In this document: one piece after another, positions 26,701 to 41,628 of the stretch
Numbering within the stretch: the stretch's first letter is position 1
How the letters are laid out: each line of letters opens with the position of its first letter
Source: Haliotis rufescens
Taxonomy: Eukaryota
NCBI RefSeq assembly: GCF_023055435.1
Contig: NW_025963857.1
Span: 20,336,001 to 20,400,000, forward strand
Length of the DNA: 64,000 nt
Direction of reading: 5' to 3'
Notes under the pieces: model-generated
Told to the model about the DNA's origin: nothing
The model's database searches: none
What the model saw: only the letters and a program-made list of their open reading frames with translations
Program-made: the position numbers and the translations under genes

Positions 26701-29700
26701 TCTTTGGGTGATGTGCATCTAATTATCAGTTGGTACTTCATAAACTTTTAACTTAAGATGTGTTCATAATGCATACAAATGGGGTTTCAGAATCGGGTTG
26801 GGTAGTCGGTAGGCCGTAGGAATGTCGGGTAACATTGGAACAATGAGATAGTTAACCCAGATTCACTCATTCAATCTCATGGTTCAGAACTCAACGCTCA
26901 ATTTACCTGAAAGAAGCAACACGTATTATTAATCAAATGCATGATTTGAATTCAAAATTTAAATTATGTAGATATGTTCAATCGGGACCTTGTCATAAAT
27001 GATATAGTTCCACAAGGAAAACAGTATACATATAAGTCACGAATCACTCCACGAAAATGCATATTTTTCAAATATGGAATACACGTGACAATTGGCGACA
27101 GCTGCTTGACTTTTCACTGTTCACAGCCGGATGTCTTTACAATGGTCAGCTGTATGTCCAGAACCAGCAGTGGGAAGATAAATGTGCCACGGTCTGTACC
27201 TGCAACGACGCCTCAACGGGAATATACGCGTGCAGAGAAAGGTACTATCGATTACCACTTATGTCCCGATACACAATGGCGATAAATCCAGTCATTCGAA
27301 CCCTATTTACTGTTTTCTTTTTTATTCATTATGTGCTCCTATATCTGTGTGAACATGTGAATGGTAGGAACAATTACAGTTTCCATTACAACGATGTCTT
27401 GTTGCTCGTCTCATACTGTGAAACCAGTAATTGTGCTGAGAGAATAATGTCTGAAAGATGTTTTGGTCGGTCTCAGTAAAATGTACTTGTTTTGATTCTG
27501 GATCAGCTAAATGTAGAAAAGATGCACATGCCCACTACATGTTGGGTAGCCTAGTGGTTAAGCATTCGCTCGTCTCGCTGAAGACCCGGGTTTGATTCCC
27601 CACATGGGTACCATGTGTGAAACCCATTTCTGGTGTCCCCCGTCGTGATATTGCTGAAATATTGCTAACATACTCACTCAACGTATTTATGTAACGAAAA
27701 GAGCATGATAGGTTAAGCCGGTAAGGAAGTAACATACAAACTGGACATAATTTCTCCTCTACCCATTTCTTGTATCTGTATGATATTGGCACCTACCCGC
27801 TACCCACAACTATACTACTCCATTTTTGATAGGGTCGTTGTTTTTCTTTCCTTGATACATAAAACTGATTCTCATAATAGGTCAAGCGTAAATTGACATA
27901 TCTCGTTATCCCTGTCAAACGCTGGGTAGATTAAATAACCAAATCTTCTACAGTAACATGTAATGACCTCAATGACCTGTTCCAGATGTCCCAAATTCGA
28001 CGGAGTTCCTGCTGGATGCCAGATGACCCCTGACCCCAGCGACAAGTGCTGCACAGTGCCCCAGTGCCCCCCATCCATCAGCTATGTTCCCAAACCCGTG
28101 TACCAACCTTGGAAACAAACCACCTCCCAAGTCAAACCTCCAAGCATCGTTGACCTTACTTCTGGGTTCTTTACAAATGAAGTAACGATCAACTTCAGTG
28201 GGGGCACGGTAGCCCCACCAACCGTACCAGTCGGGGCTGTAGGGACCGGAGGCATAGGTACACTGTTCTTTCAGTTATATCCTTTCCCTATAATCACGCA
28301 TATACATTAACACGCCTCTCGCCTTCTTTGTCTTGCGGTGGCTTAGTCTAGTGGTTAAAGCGTTCGCTCGTCACGCCGACGGTCCGGGTTCTATGTCCAA
28401 TATCGGTGCAGTGTGTGAACCAATTGCTGGTGTGCAACGCCGTGATCATGTTTGAATATTGCTGAAATCACACTCACTCAGACCTTCCTCGACAGTAAGA
28501 ACAGTATTTTTAGCTTGAGCTTGTTACTGACTCAAGAAAAAACACAAAATGGTCATTCAATTGCAAATAAACAAAGATACAACATAGTGGGCAAGTAAAG
28601 ACTGCTTTGCTAGTGGAATAGAACTTATTCAAACGTAGCCTTGATTGAAAGATTTACTAGCGTCTGTCCCGAAACGTAGCCTTGATTGAACAATGCACTA
28701 GTATCTGTGCCGAAACGTAGCCTTGGTTGAACAATGCACTAGTATCTGTGCCGAAACGTAGCCTTGATTGAACAATGCACTAGCATCTGTACCGAAACGT
28801 AGCCTTGATTGAACAATGCACTAGTATCTGTACCGAAACGTAGCCTTGATTGAACAATGCAATAGTATCTGTACCGAAACGTAGCCTTGGTTGAACAATG
28901 CACTAGTATCTGTACCGAAACGTAGCCTTGGTTGAACAATGCACTAGTATCTGTGCCGAAACGTAGCCTTGATTGAACAATGCACTAGTATCTGTACCGA
29001 AACGTAGCCTTGATTGAACAATGCACTAGTATCTGTGCCGAAACGTAGCCTTGATTGAACAATGCACTAGTATCTGTGCCGAAACGTAGCCTTGATTGAA
29101 CAATAAACTAGTATCTGTACCGAAACGTAGCCTTGATTGAAAGGAAACAAGCATCTGTACCGAAACGTAGCCTTGATTGAACAATATACTAGTGTCTGTT
29201 CCGAAACGCAGCCTTGATTGAAAGAAAAACAAGCATCTGTTCCGAAACGTAGCCTTGATTGAACAATATACTAGTGTCTGTTCCGAAACGCAGCCTTGAT
29301 TGAAAGAAAACAAGCATCTGTTCCGAAACGTAGCCTTGATTGAACAATATACTAGTGTCTGTTCCGAAACGCAGCCTTGATTGAACAATGTTCTTGTTTA
29401 TGTACCGAAACGTAGCTTTGATTGAAAGAACACAAGCATCTGTACAGAAACGTAGCCTTGATTGAATGATTTACATGCATGTGTACCGAACTGTCGTATT
29501 GAAAGAATATATGAGTTGTAATCCATATCACCCTCATTGATACAACAGGTTATAAAATATCACTTAAAGTTATAGATACCAGTGTTGATGAAAACCGTTG
29601 TCCCCACAGGCTTCTGTGAGTACAAGGGCCGCCACTACCTTCAGAGCGAGAGGTGGGAAGATGGTTGCAAGTATCAGTGTGTGTGTGAGCGGGCATATGA

Positions 29701-32700
29701 TGGATTCTGGAGATGCTTAGACAGGTACTTAGCTTTATCACATTTTATTTATAATATTTGATATCAAGGATATGGAAACGCACCCGGCTAAAACTCGGAA
29801 TATCCTAATCATGGTACTGCATGGAGATGGTCCATTTGTTTAAATCCGTTAATAACTGAGTATGCCAGTAGGGGGAACGGGGGCCAGGTCGCCAAAGGCG
29901 CCGCGATTCGCTGTGCAGAGTTGCGTCCCTTGGGCATGCCAGGAACCTATGATTCTGGGTTCGAATCCCGATTTGACCCAATTATGTTTCTAGGTTTGTC
30001 AGCACCATACCCGTGCTCGTGGGTTTCACCGAAGTGGTAAACGTCTGAGACCTGCATCACTTCGGACTTTCCTCCCACATTAAGCTAACACGCCGTGATA
30101 TAACCGGAATACTGTTAAAAGCGGCGTTAAATCCAACTCACTCACTCACTCACTATCCAGTAGGTATGCTAGAAACTACTATCCAGTATGAACATGTATA
30201 TTGGATTCGTTTAGCGCTCGATATATCAGTAAGATCCGTTCCGTTTACTACCTTGTATGTAAATATGAAATGTCAACACCAGAGAACATCAGTCTCGTGC
30301 ATTTGCCGAACCAAAATGGGCGTGAAAGGACAAATAGCGCTGAAAATTCAATGAATGTATCACTGTAATTCAGTTATGAAGCACCCGGTGTTCTCGTATT
30401 CTATGGTCTTATATCCTAGATCCGTTATTCCATGTTAATGTAAGCTCTGTTATTCCATGTGTATCTAAGGTCCGTCATTTCACGTATGTGTTAGGTCGGT
30501 AGGTCATGTACATGTTATGGATATATCGTCATCCTAGTAATGGTAATATATGTATATCCCATGTGTATGTTTCTTCGTTATTCCACATGTATGTTATTCT
30601 GTTTATGTTTACCGCCCATTAGTCCGGGTTCTTGTTAGGTCCATTATTTCATGAATAATTGAAGTCTTTAATATACATTGTTTTTAACTTGCAGGTGTAA
30701 AACATACGACGACTTGCCAAAGGATGTATGCTGGCTCATTCCGGATCCCAGCGATTCTTGTTGTCAGGTGCCGTTTTGCAAATTTAATCCTAAATTCGAA
30801 GAGATCTACGGTACCGGTCACCCAGGGACGTATACGACCCCCCATATCACCATGAAGCCTGTGGTCACAGCACAACCTACCACCCCAAGACCAGGTGAGA
30901 CCCGCTGCGAATAGCCTGCATATTGAGGTTGCAGACAAATTTTGACCCTCTTGCCATCTCTTTAACGCCAGAACGATACATTGTGAAAAAGACGGGCATC
31001 AATTCCAACACAAATGATAAAGAATTGACTATATGTATCCTTTTCGCTATATCGACCTTAAGAAACTAGCTCAATCTGTAAAACTTGTCAGAATGCGAGA
31101 TCTCACAAACGCGAGAATGCCCCTTTGACTATTCCATAGTTTCGATATCGTGTGTGTAATTCGTTGTGGGTGTATGTAATGTTGAGTATGCCGGAATTTC
31201 CTAACACCCGGTGTTTTGTCCCGTCCAGCGTACTGTGTGTACAAGGGCCAGAATTACGCCCAGGGCCAGCAGTGGTACGACGGCTGCAGCATGAAGTGTT
31301 CCTGCGATAACGCTCAGTCAGGATACTACAGATGTGCCAACAGGTGAGACGGACTGTTCATACGTCAGAGTTAGAATACTGGAAAACCCTGCATTCTAGG
31401 TGCATGCTTGGGACGTCTACTTATGCACAAAGGACTTTACTTCGTAGTCCTGATTCATTAATCCAGACATTTATCAGGCCTGACATTTCACTTGGATGCT
31501 CTCTGGATTAACGAGGTTTCACTGTATAACCGCCTTAACTACTATGGTATTAGACCGACTATTTAATATTCTGGGGTCTTGGATTTTTGTTAGAAATGAG
31601 TCTAGAAAAAAATAATTTTTCTTTGAAAGGAGAACCAGCGAAAAGTATGTTTTTTTTGTAAAACTTTTGGCAAAATTATTTATTTGAGTACCTAAGCTTA
31701 ACTGTGTAATAAATCAGTTGTATAATATGTATCAGTTACACGCGTACTTGCAACGTAGTTAAGAACCACACAAAACGAACACGGAAACACAGTCCACCGT
31801 CTTTGATAATGATATGTAACTTGATATTGGATATGTGTAAGATATAAGGCAAATGTTATCACAGTCCACTGGACTCCATATATCACCAGTCTACAAGAGA
31901 CGTGTAGGAATACATAGCGACAGTTGCTCACCAGGCATGTTGTCCTTCAGATGCCCACTGTACTACAACGTACCCAAGGGGTGCACGCAGCTGCCCGACC
32001 CCATAGATCCGACCTGCTGCACCGTCCCTCACTGTGACTTCAACTCCACGTCAGGTTCCGTCTCAGGGACAGGCGCCCCCGCAACCATCCCCCCGGGGCA
32101 GATCACTGGCAATGGGCAGAACCCAGGAGAACACACCAAGATAGGTAAGTATAAGGCGTCAGTATTTATAGTCTGACGAAACAGATTTTATTCGGCGTAA
32201 AAGGTAAAATAGTGGTCAACATTATACGAATGGATCACTGAAAATCAGTGATGACACCAGGTGTTCAACGGTAGCAACTATCGGTACAAACGTTCTAGTG
32301 CGTCAGGGAGAAATACATAAAACACCTGGTAAAAAGTGTGTTGGTTGTTTCTATACAAGATGACGAGTACCAACATGACAATGTGTTGTTTTGTTGTTTG
32401 TTTCTGTACAAGATGACGAGTACCAACATGACTATTTGTTGTTTTGTTGGTTGTTTCTGTACAAGATGACAAGTACTAACATGACTAATTGTTGTTTTGT
32501 GGGTTATCCCTGTTGAAAATGACAACTTCAAGTTTGGTTTTTACAGGGTACTGTTTGTACAAGACGAAGAAGTACAACCAGGGCCAGAAGTGGACAGATG
32601 GCTGTCAGTACACCTGTGAGTGTGAAGACGCAGACAAAGGCAGCTACAGATGCACGGACATGTACGTACAACTCAAGTTCCGCTTGGTATGAGAGAGGGA

Positions 32701-35700
32701 GGTGGAGTAGCCTAGTGGGTAAAGTGTTCGCCAGCTATGCGGACTCCGGGTTCCATTCCAACACTATTGGAAGTCTGTTCTTGGCGTTCACATGGCATGA
32801 TGTTGGTAGACTTCTGTTGAAGCAGCGTAAAATAATTTTACATTTAAGCTTCTAAATGAAGTACAGGCGGTCACGTAGCCTAGTATTTAAAGCGTTCGAC
32901 ATGAGTACAATGTATGAAGCCCATTTCTGGTGTCCCCCGCCGTGATATTGCTGGAATATTGCTAAAAGCGGCATATAACTATACTCACTCACTCACTCTA
33001 AATGAAGTTGTGGTGACTTGATCCCACAGTAACTGGTTGCCATTCAGTACGAACCAGTTTTACTGTTTATTGTGTAACCTAAGCCGGTGTTTTGACTTTG
33101 AAAGTTTTCAGAATATTTGGGAAACTTTTAGGAAATTGTGAATTAATGCTTGATGTTTTGGTGCCTCCAAGTGTTATGTGACACAGCAGTGAACACATTC
33201 GGCTACACTCCGTCAATTCGAAATTTAATGAACCCACAGTTGTACATCGTGAAATCCGTTATTCGAAATATGAGGAGAGCGAATAAGGATTATGATAGGG
33301 ACATTACGTATGACGTTTTCAGTTGACAGCTCGATTGAAGGAAGATCGAAGACATGAATTAACTGTTATTTTCACAAATCTTCATTCCCCGATACAGGTG
33401 CCCTCGTTATGCCAGCCTTCCCCAACAGTGCCGGCTTGTGACCGACTTCTCCAACCCTTGCTGCCAGGTCCCCGACTGTAACTTCCAGGGTACCTCTGGA
33501 GGAATCAGCGGCGCTGGCCACGTCACTCCCTCCCCCGGACCACAGCGTATGTATACATGTTGTTAACATAGTGAGCGTGAGTGTTTGGTTTTCACGCGTT
33601 TTTTAACACTACACTGATCTGACGGCGTGACACCTTGATGTGGAAATAAAGCCCGAAGTGATGCAGGTTTCAGACGTTTATCACTTTGGTGAAACCGACG
33701 AGCACGGTATGGTGCTGAAAAACCTAGAAACGTAATCGGGGCGAACCGGGATTCGAACCCACAATCATAGGTTTCTGGCATGCCCAAGGGATGCAATTCT
33801 GCACAGCGAATCAGGGCGCCTCAGACGACTTGGCCGCCGTGCCCCCTTGTGAAAGAAGACAACTCTGTACAATCAATTGTGGCGCCTTAAAAAAACTTGG
33901 TCACCTGTGTCCCCGTTACATAGTTGCACATATTTACCCTATAAACTAACTATAAGATATACAGTATTCGCTTGTCAGACCCAAAACATGGGTCCTGTGT
34001 GTGAGGTCCATTCAGGGGCGCCATTTTTGTTGTTGACATGTTGCTTAATAGCGGGTTGAAGTCATCCTCACTCACAACAAGTACACAACCTGTATTTACG
34101 TGGCCATTACACACTATGTATGACTGATAGCGTGGATGAGTAACTGCGTTATTACAATTGTTAAGACGTTTGATGTCTCGTGTCTCTTGTTTGATAACGG
34201 TGTAAGTCTCCCCACCTATACGTGGCTGTAATTATAATAAAGTTGTCCATTCATACTATCTGAGCAAGTTTAAAACCGACACACTAAAGTGACGTTTGCA
34301 TGCAGAAGTTATCGGGTTGTACGGTATAACGTGTACACAACGTAAATTGTATACTATGCTTGATGAAGAGAACCCGAAAGACTTCTTGTTTTGTTGTGTG
34401 ACAGTGGGTGTAGTGTTGTCCCTGTGTTGTAGCCACCTGTACCTACATCACTGCCAAGTACTACCAGGGCCAGACATGGAAGGACGGCTGTAGCAAGTCC
34501 TGCCGCTGCGAAGACGCTGTGAAGGGACTCTACGTCTGTGACGACAGGTGAACTTTACCTTGCCTCTTTCTCATCATGTGTAGTATGTTTAATACCATTA
34601 CATGACGCCTTGGTTTTGACCTGTATAGGGGCGTTAGGGTAGCTAGTGGTTAAAGCGTTCGCTCGTCAAGCCGAAGATCTGGGGTCGTTTCCCTGCATGT
34701 GTACAATGTATGAAGCCCATTTCTGATAGTGCTGGAATAATGTCCAAAGCGGCGTAAAACCATACTCACTCACCCGTAAAGACCACGTATCACCCAGATA
34801 CACCCAGATTGGTCGTTTCACAGGCAGAACTGTGTGATGACCATCGTTTATAAGGTCTTCCTCGTTGTGATATCTGAAATAATGATTGTATTTGGTACCA
34901 TTAATGATGATATTAATCTCCATGAATCTTAAACATATCAGGGATGGAAGATAGCCTTGTGGTGAAAGGGTTCGTTATTCACGCCGAAAACCTTGGTTCG
35001 CTTCCCCACATACAATGTAGGTACAATTTGTAAAGTCCATTTCTGGTATTCGCTGAGATTGCTGGCTTTTTGCTAAAAGCGGGGTAAATTTCACTCGTAA
35101 AAGGGTAAAACATATAAATTGGTAATAAATGTATTTCTTTCCATGACTTTCAAGATGTCCGAAGTTCGGTTCCATCCCATCCCAGTGTCAAATGGTCACT
35201 GACCCCGCTGACCCCTGCTGTCAGAAACCACAGTGCCACTTCGTGTCGACGTCAGGGTCTACTACTGGTTCAGGCAACCCGAGCAACATTCCCACCCTGG
35301 CTCCTGCCATCATCACCGGTCAGGTTCCCACCCCAAAGCCTGGGCAGACCCCCATACCCGTCTGTGAGTAACCCACTACCAATGGATCTAGCATAAACAA
35401 AGCGATCGGGTCCTAGGATCACTGTTTTCGCTTACTGACGTCGCTAAGAGTAGCCAATTGTTTTTTTGTAATTCCAAAAAGCGTTGTCTTGACATTGTTT
35501 AAAATTGTTTAATTGAAATTGTACCTAAAGTCAGCCTTTTTGCCGGCGAACAAAAACGTGATTACAGACCTTATTTTTCAGCGGTATGTACATACAAAGG
35601 TCAGCAGTACCACAAAGGTCAGACGTGGGTAGATGGCTGCAGCTATAACTGTGAATGTCTGGATGATCAGACTGGCAAGTACAAGTGCACTGAGAGGTTA

Positions 35701-38700
35701 GTATGTGGACGTTTAAACAGGGCTGCGGGGCGGTCGGGTAGCCCAGTGGTTAAAGCGTTCGCTCGTCACGCCGAAGACCCGTGTTCGATTCCCGACATGG
35801 GTACAATGTGTGAAGCCCATTTCTGGTGTCCCCTGCCGTGATATTGCTGGAATATTGCTAAAAGCGGCGTAAAACCATACTCACTCACTCACTAAACAGG
35901 GCTGCATTTATGGCGCAGGTGGAGTTTCTGAAAGCCTTCTGACCACTCCTTGTACCCTAAATCCTGTTGGGATGGTGCGGTAGCTTTGTACTTAAAGCGT
36001 TCACTCGTCACGTCGAAGTCCGGGTTCGTTCCCAACGTGGGTAAAATGTGTGTAACCACATTCTGGTGTCTCTTGCCGAATATGGCTGAAAGCGGCGTAC
36101 AACCATGCTCACTCACTCAAAAAACGAGCAGTCGAGGAAGAAAGTTCATTCGCTGTGAAACGTACAGTGGCTCCCATAGTTTTCAACTGTGTTTGCAATT
36201 CTCCATCCGATATGTTCTCATGTGTCTTGTAACTAGCTCTTATCCTGATGAAGTAAGGGGTTAAGCATGTGACAAGCCTGTGACATGGTATTTCAGGTGT
36301 CCCCGATTCGCTGGGTTGCCTCCCCAGTGTAATCTGATGAAGGATCCAAGTGACCCCTGCTGTCAGGTGCCCGTGTGCGACTTCAGCGGCCACAGCGGTG
36401 GCTTGACTGGACATGGTCAGTTCACACCCGCTCCAGGTGTCACGCCCAAACCTAAAGGTCAGACTTCAAGGTCTTTACTTCCGGTTGATAAAAAAAACAT
36501 GGTGATACATTGTACATTAGGACTGATAGTACATTGGGGACAAACTACACATTAAGGATAAACGTTATATTGACGAATTGTAGTATTTTGAGGACAAACG
36601 AAAGTTGGCTTTAACGCTGTTTTGAGCCGTATTCAAGTTATCAGAAACGTGTCTGCGTTATGTGGGTGGAAAGCCCGAAGTGATGCAGGTCTCGGACGTG
36701 TATCATTTAGATGAAACCGACGAGAACGGTTATGGTGCTGACAAACCTAGAACCTAATCAGGGCAATTCGGGGTTCGAAACCACGATCATAGGTTTCTGG
36801 TGTCCCTAAGGGACGCAAATCTGCAAAGCGAGTTTCGACTACTTTGACGACTGGGCCACCGGTCCCTTCTCAATACATTGAAGCTTTATATATATATAGT
36901 TATGGTTCGTGTTACCACGATTTTAGAAGTTGGATTCGGAACCCAAGATGTATGATCTGGCGAAACATTGACGATTGGCGATTCACTACGTGTTAATTGA
37001 TTGACGAAAGGTTGAGAAAAATCTTAAAACAGTCCGATGCCAGTGCGGCTATAAGTGCCTAGAGAACTTACGATGCATTAATTAGTAATGCTACATCGAG
37101 TGCTAACGATACACATTGACACCTGACCGTGTGATGGCCCAAGATGTGTGCTTTTTTCATTTAAATAAGATCTACAAATATGTTTAATTTCATTATAATA
37201 AATGAATTATTTAGAATTATAATAGTAATACTATTTAGCAGATATTATTTCGTAATAGTGATACTATATAACAGACAATAAAACCTTTTGAAATATTATA
37301 ATATATTAATATGCTGTTCAGAAGGTAGCTGTCATTTTTTGCACTGATATCAATCCCCGTATCCCCAGGTATGTGCGTGTACAAGGGTACAAGCTACGCC
37401 ACCGGTCAGCAGTGGTTCGACGGCTGTGACTACACCTGCGAGTGCGAGAACGGTGACCAGGGCATATACCGCTGTAACAAGAGGTGAGACAAACACCCGA
37501 ACACTTTATATCATAAATAAAATATATGTGTTATAATCTTGTCCAGTCGGCTGCGAGGAGGTGGGGACCCTAGCATTTGCTCGTCACGCCAATGCATAGG
37601 TTCGATTCCCTTAATGCGTGAAACCTATTTCTGGTGTCCCCCGCCGTCATATTGGTTGTATATATTGGTGATATATATGTTGGTGGTATACTGCAAAATT
37701 AAAAACACAAGTGACTCCAATCAGATGCAAACGTAAGTGTGTCAAACTCTACTGCATGTATAATTTGTTTCCTTATGGCTACTGTAGACACAAGAAGGGC
37801 TTGTTAGATATAGATAGTTTAAGACCAAGATAGTTATAGGTACCAGACCGTGAAGATTTCACATTCATTCACTTGCATATAAGAAAAGTTGCATCGTGAT
37901 TTATGAAGAGATTGCAAACCATATCTCAACAAAAATAACCCTATGTCTTCCAATGACCTCTACCCATATAGTTTTTGTTAGGATATTTTACCTGCGTCAA
38001 GTTCACCTCCATGTTTGTCTGTACGTAGGTGTGCAGTGTACGACAACCTGCCCAAGGGGTGCCATCTGGAGGCCGATCCTCAGGACCCATTCTGCTGCAA
38101 GCGTCCAACCTGCTCCTTCACCCCAACCAACGGCTCAAACACAGGCTTCGTCCTCCCATCCATTCCCCCGGGCACTGTGACAGGAGGCAGCGTCATCCCC
38201 ACCCCTAACCCTCTCCTGGCCCCATCCCTTGGACCCGGGGTATCACCGACTCCAGGCCCAGGCATGGTACCTCTACCTAAAGGTAAAGACTTGCCTCATT
38301 CTCATATGTTACAGTAGGGGCTCACATTAGAATGTATGTAGGCCCCCGTACTATTATCGTCCTAAAAGGGTCTAAGTTGGATTGGTGGGTTGGAGGGAGG
38401 GGAGTGTCAAAGTGTCCCAATTGCGTGGACATCTTCCTGAAGGAAACACATGCCTCCATGGTTTAGTGGATATCACGTCTTCCCAGAGAGCAGAAGGTCC
38501 ATGGTTCGAACCCCCTGGATTGTCAACCAAGAAGACGTTAAAAGATAGTACTTGTTTTAACCCTGTGCGGCGAGAATAAAAGGACTGGTCGGCTCGGAGT
38601 CAGTACAATGTATATGAGGGAGGTATCCATGCGTCATGGTATCTCAGTGCGCTAACACTATAAAACTGGCATAAGGCCGGCCCAGTATAAGCAGCTACAC

Positions 38701-41568
38701 ACACATACGTCGCTGAGAGTGAAACTCCCTTTCACCTCACCACCTCCAAAGGAAAGCACTTTCCACAATCCCACGTATTGCTATCTGCTCCTAGAGGAAT
38801 ATTTTATATAATATTATGCGTTTTTTATATTTTGGGTTTTTGACGATACAGTCATTGACTTATCATGAAAAGATGAAATAACACATGTGCTCTCCTTCGT
38901 CAGATGTGTGTGTATACAAGGGCAAGCAGTACGCCCAGGGACAAAAGTGGCAAGATGGCTGCGTCTACAACTGTGAATGTCTGGATGCCCACACCGGCAA
39001 GTACAAGTGTACCGAACAGTAAGTAAATTAACGTTTTTACGACCAATCCCTCCTTTTCTCATTAGAAAAATAAATAAAAAATTATCACAGATCATGTGTG
39101 TGTTTTGGAAAGACTCTTCTATAATATCTCATAGTCCCAGTCGTTTAAATCGACATAATTGATGTGGGTTCCAATCGTCCAGATTGTGTTACTAGGTTGG
39201 TCCGCACCGTGGTCGTGAGTTACACGGAAGTGGTAAAGTTCTAACACTTGTATAGATTCGGGCTGTCCTCCCAAATCAAGTTGAAATTGTTACTGAAACA
39301 CGCTGTTAAAAACATATCACTGACTCACTCACGTATGTACACACGCTGTATGTGTAGGTGTCCCCGGTACGCCCAGATCCCGGCCCAGTGCCACCTTGTC
39401 AGAGACATCTATAACCCGTGCTGCCAGAAACCATACTGTGACTTCTCAGCTACTTCCGGTCAGGCCACAGGGACTGGTGTCCCCCCTACTCCACCAACTC
39501 AGAAAGGTAGACTAACCATTAACTTTCAGGTTTTATCCATTTCATCCAAATTATGGTAGTTTAATCCCTGTAAAATTGCTTCCTTAGAAAGAAGAGAAAG
39601 AGCAGTATATATGGAATGAAGTTCACTTTTTTAAAACATGCATACATATATTGGGGAAGTACCTGACATCATTTGTATCACAAGTACATGGACACTGAAT
39701 TAAGTTTCTTAGTTTCTTTGTTTCTCATAATGGAAATAAAACTGTTATCTCCATTAATTAATCATGGCGCTTGTAATTGTATTGTTGCAGATTTCTGTGT
39801 GTACAATGGCACCCCCTTCAAGCAGGGTGCCACGTGGAATGACGGCTGTGATCTCGCGTGTAGGTGCGAGGATGCTAAGACTGGAGTGTACAGATGTGAC
39901 GAGAGGTGGGTTATATATATTATCCTGGTCTGCGCACTCCATACACTCCGATGACGTAGTCAGCCCAGTCGGCCCTTGGGCCTGCTAGAAACCTTTGATT
40001 ATGGGTTCGAATCTCGGTTCGTCCAGATCATGTTTCTAGGTTTGTCAGCACCATTTCCGTGCTCGTGAGTGTCACCAAAGTTGTAAACGTCTAAGACCTG
40101 CATCACTTCCGGTTTTCTTCCAACATCAAGCTCTCCGTTTGACATAGTCGTGAAATGACTGAAACATTGTTCAAAGCGGCGTTAAACCCAGCTCAACAAA
40201 CCAACACTCAGATATTTGAAACGATTTGTCTGATACATTTTTCGCGAGTAATTAAACGTGTGTATAAATTATTATCCTGCAAACATGCTTTAAAAACAAT
40301 ATTAATATTACACTCTGTTTATGTCTTTATATTAATTATATGTGGTTTTCCTGTCGACAAAGGACATTTTTCAACAAGACATTAATGTCATGAACCATAT
40401 TACTTGTAACATCTGTAAGCCACACAGAGCGACAAACCCACTTGGCTGTTGTTGTCAATAGTAATACTTCAAGAGTTTCTGTCAACTCCAATTTGAGGCA
40501 GTGTAGTGGAGTTTCAACATACAAACTGCATGAGTCGTGTTGTTTTACAGGTGCGCCAGCTTCCAGGTGCAACCAGGATGCTCTTTGATCGCTGACCCCA
40601 AGGATGTGTGCTGCAAGGTGCCCTCCTGCCAACCGGTCCTGCCCCCTACCCCTCAGCCAGGAATCAACCCGGGGCAGAATCCCACTCCCTTCCCCTACCC
40701 CGTACCCACAGCTGTCCCCGGAACGATCCACGGCCAGACCGTCAACAAACCCAACACCAACAACCCAACAAATTCATGTAAGTTGTGAACGTCACTGTGT
40801 GTGTGTGAGTTGCGTTTAACGGCGCTTTTAACAGTGTTCCAGTTATATCACGGCGTGTCAGTTTAATGCGGGAGGAAAGCCTGACACAATGAACCACTTT
40901 GGTGAACCCCACGAGTATGGTGCTGACAACTGGGATTCGAACCCACAATCATGGGATTAGGGAACAAGCTACTCTACACAGCGAATTGTGGCGAATTAGA
41001 ACCCTGGGTCATATTGTAGACCTAAGCTGTTTGGTGACAGCCACGAGAACGTTGTATCCTATGGGTCCATAGTCACTAGGATCGCTACCAGTGTATCACA
41101 CCAGGTTATCTGGCACCGTTAAGGTACCGAACTGTATGCAGTGAGTCATCCGCCTAATACAACTTGGCAGCCAGGAAGCTTATCTCGAATACAGTAAAGC
41201 AAGTGTGGATATGTTGTATTACATGTTATTTTTCCAGCATATACATGTACATAACTCGCCACACTATGTTTTGTCTTGCCAGCGTTCTGTACTTACAACA
41301 ACATCAACTACAAGACCGGTCAGAAGTGGGATGACGGCTGTCAGTACTCCTGTGTCTGTGATGACGAGAAGACTGGCAGATATACCTGCGTCCAGAAGTA
41401 CGTCAACTCGATATCTCAAATTATATATAAAGAGAAAAACACACGATATCTCAAGTTATAAATAAAGAGAAAAACACACGATATCTCAAATTATAAATCC
41501 AGAGAACCAGAGAAAAACTCAAAATAGCTCAAATTATAGATCTACAGCAATCGAAAGGCCAAGAGCAC

Positions 41569-41628
<60 letters not shown>

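Noticed and set aside
588-29470. Regular repeat arrays (76, 65, 52, 41 bp) as CRISPR candidates
   Set aside because: Head-to-tail units with no unique spacers, no cas genes, eukaryotic context.
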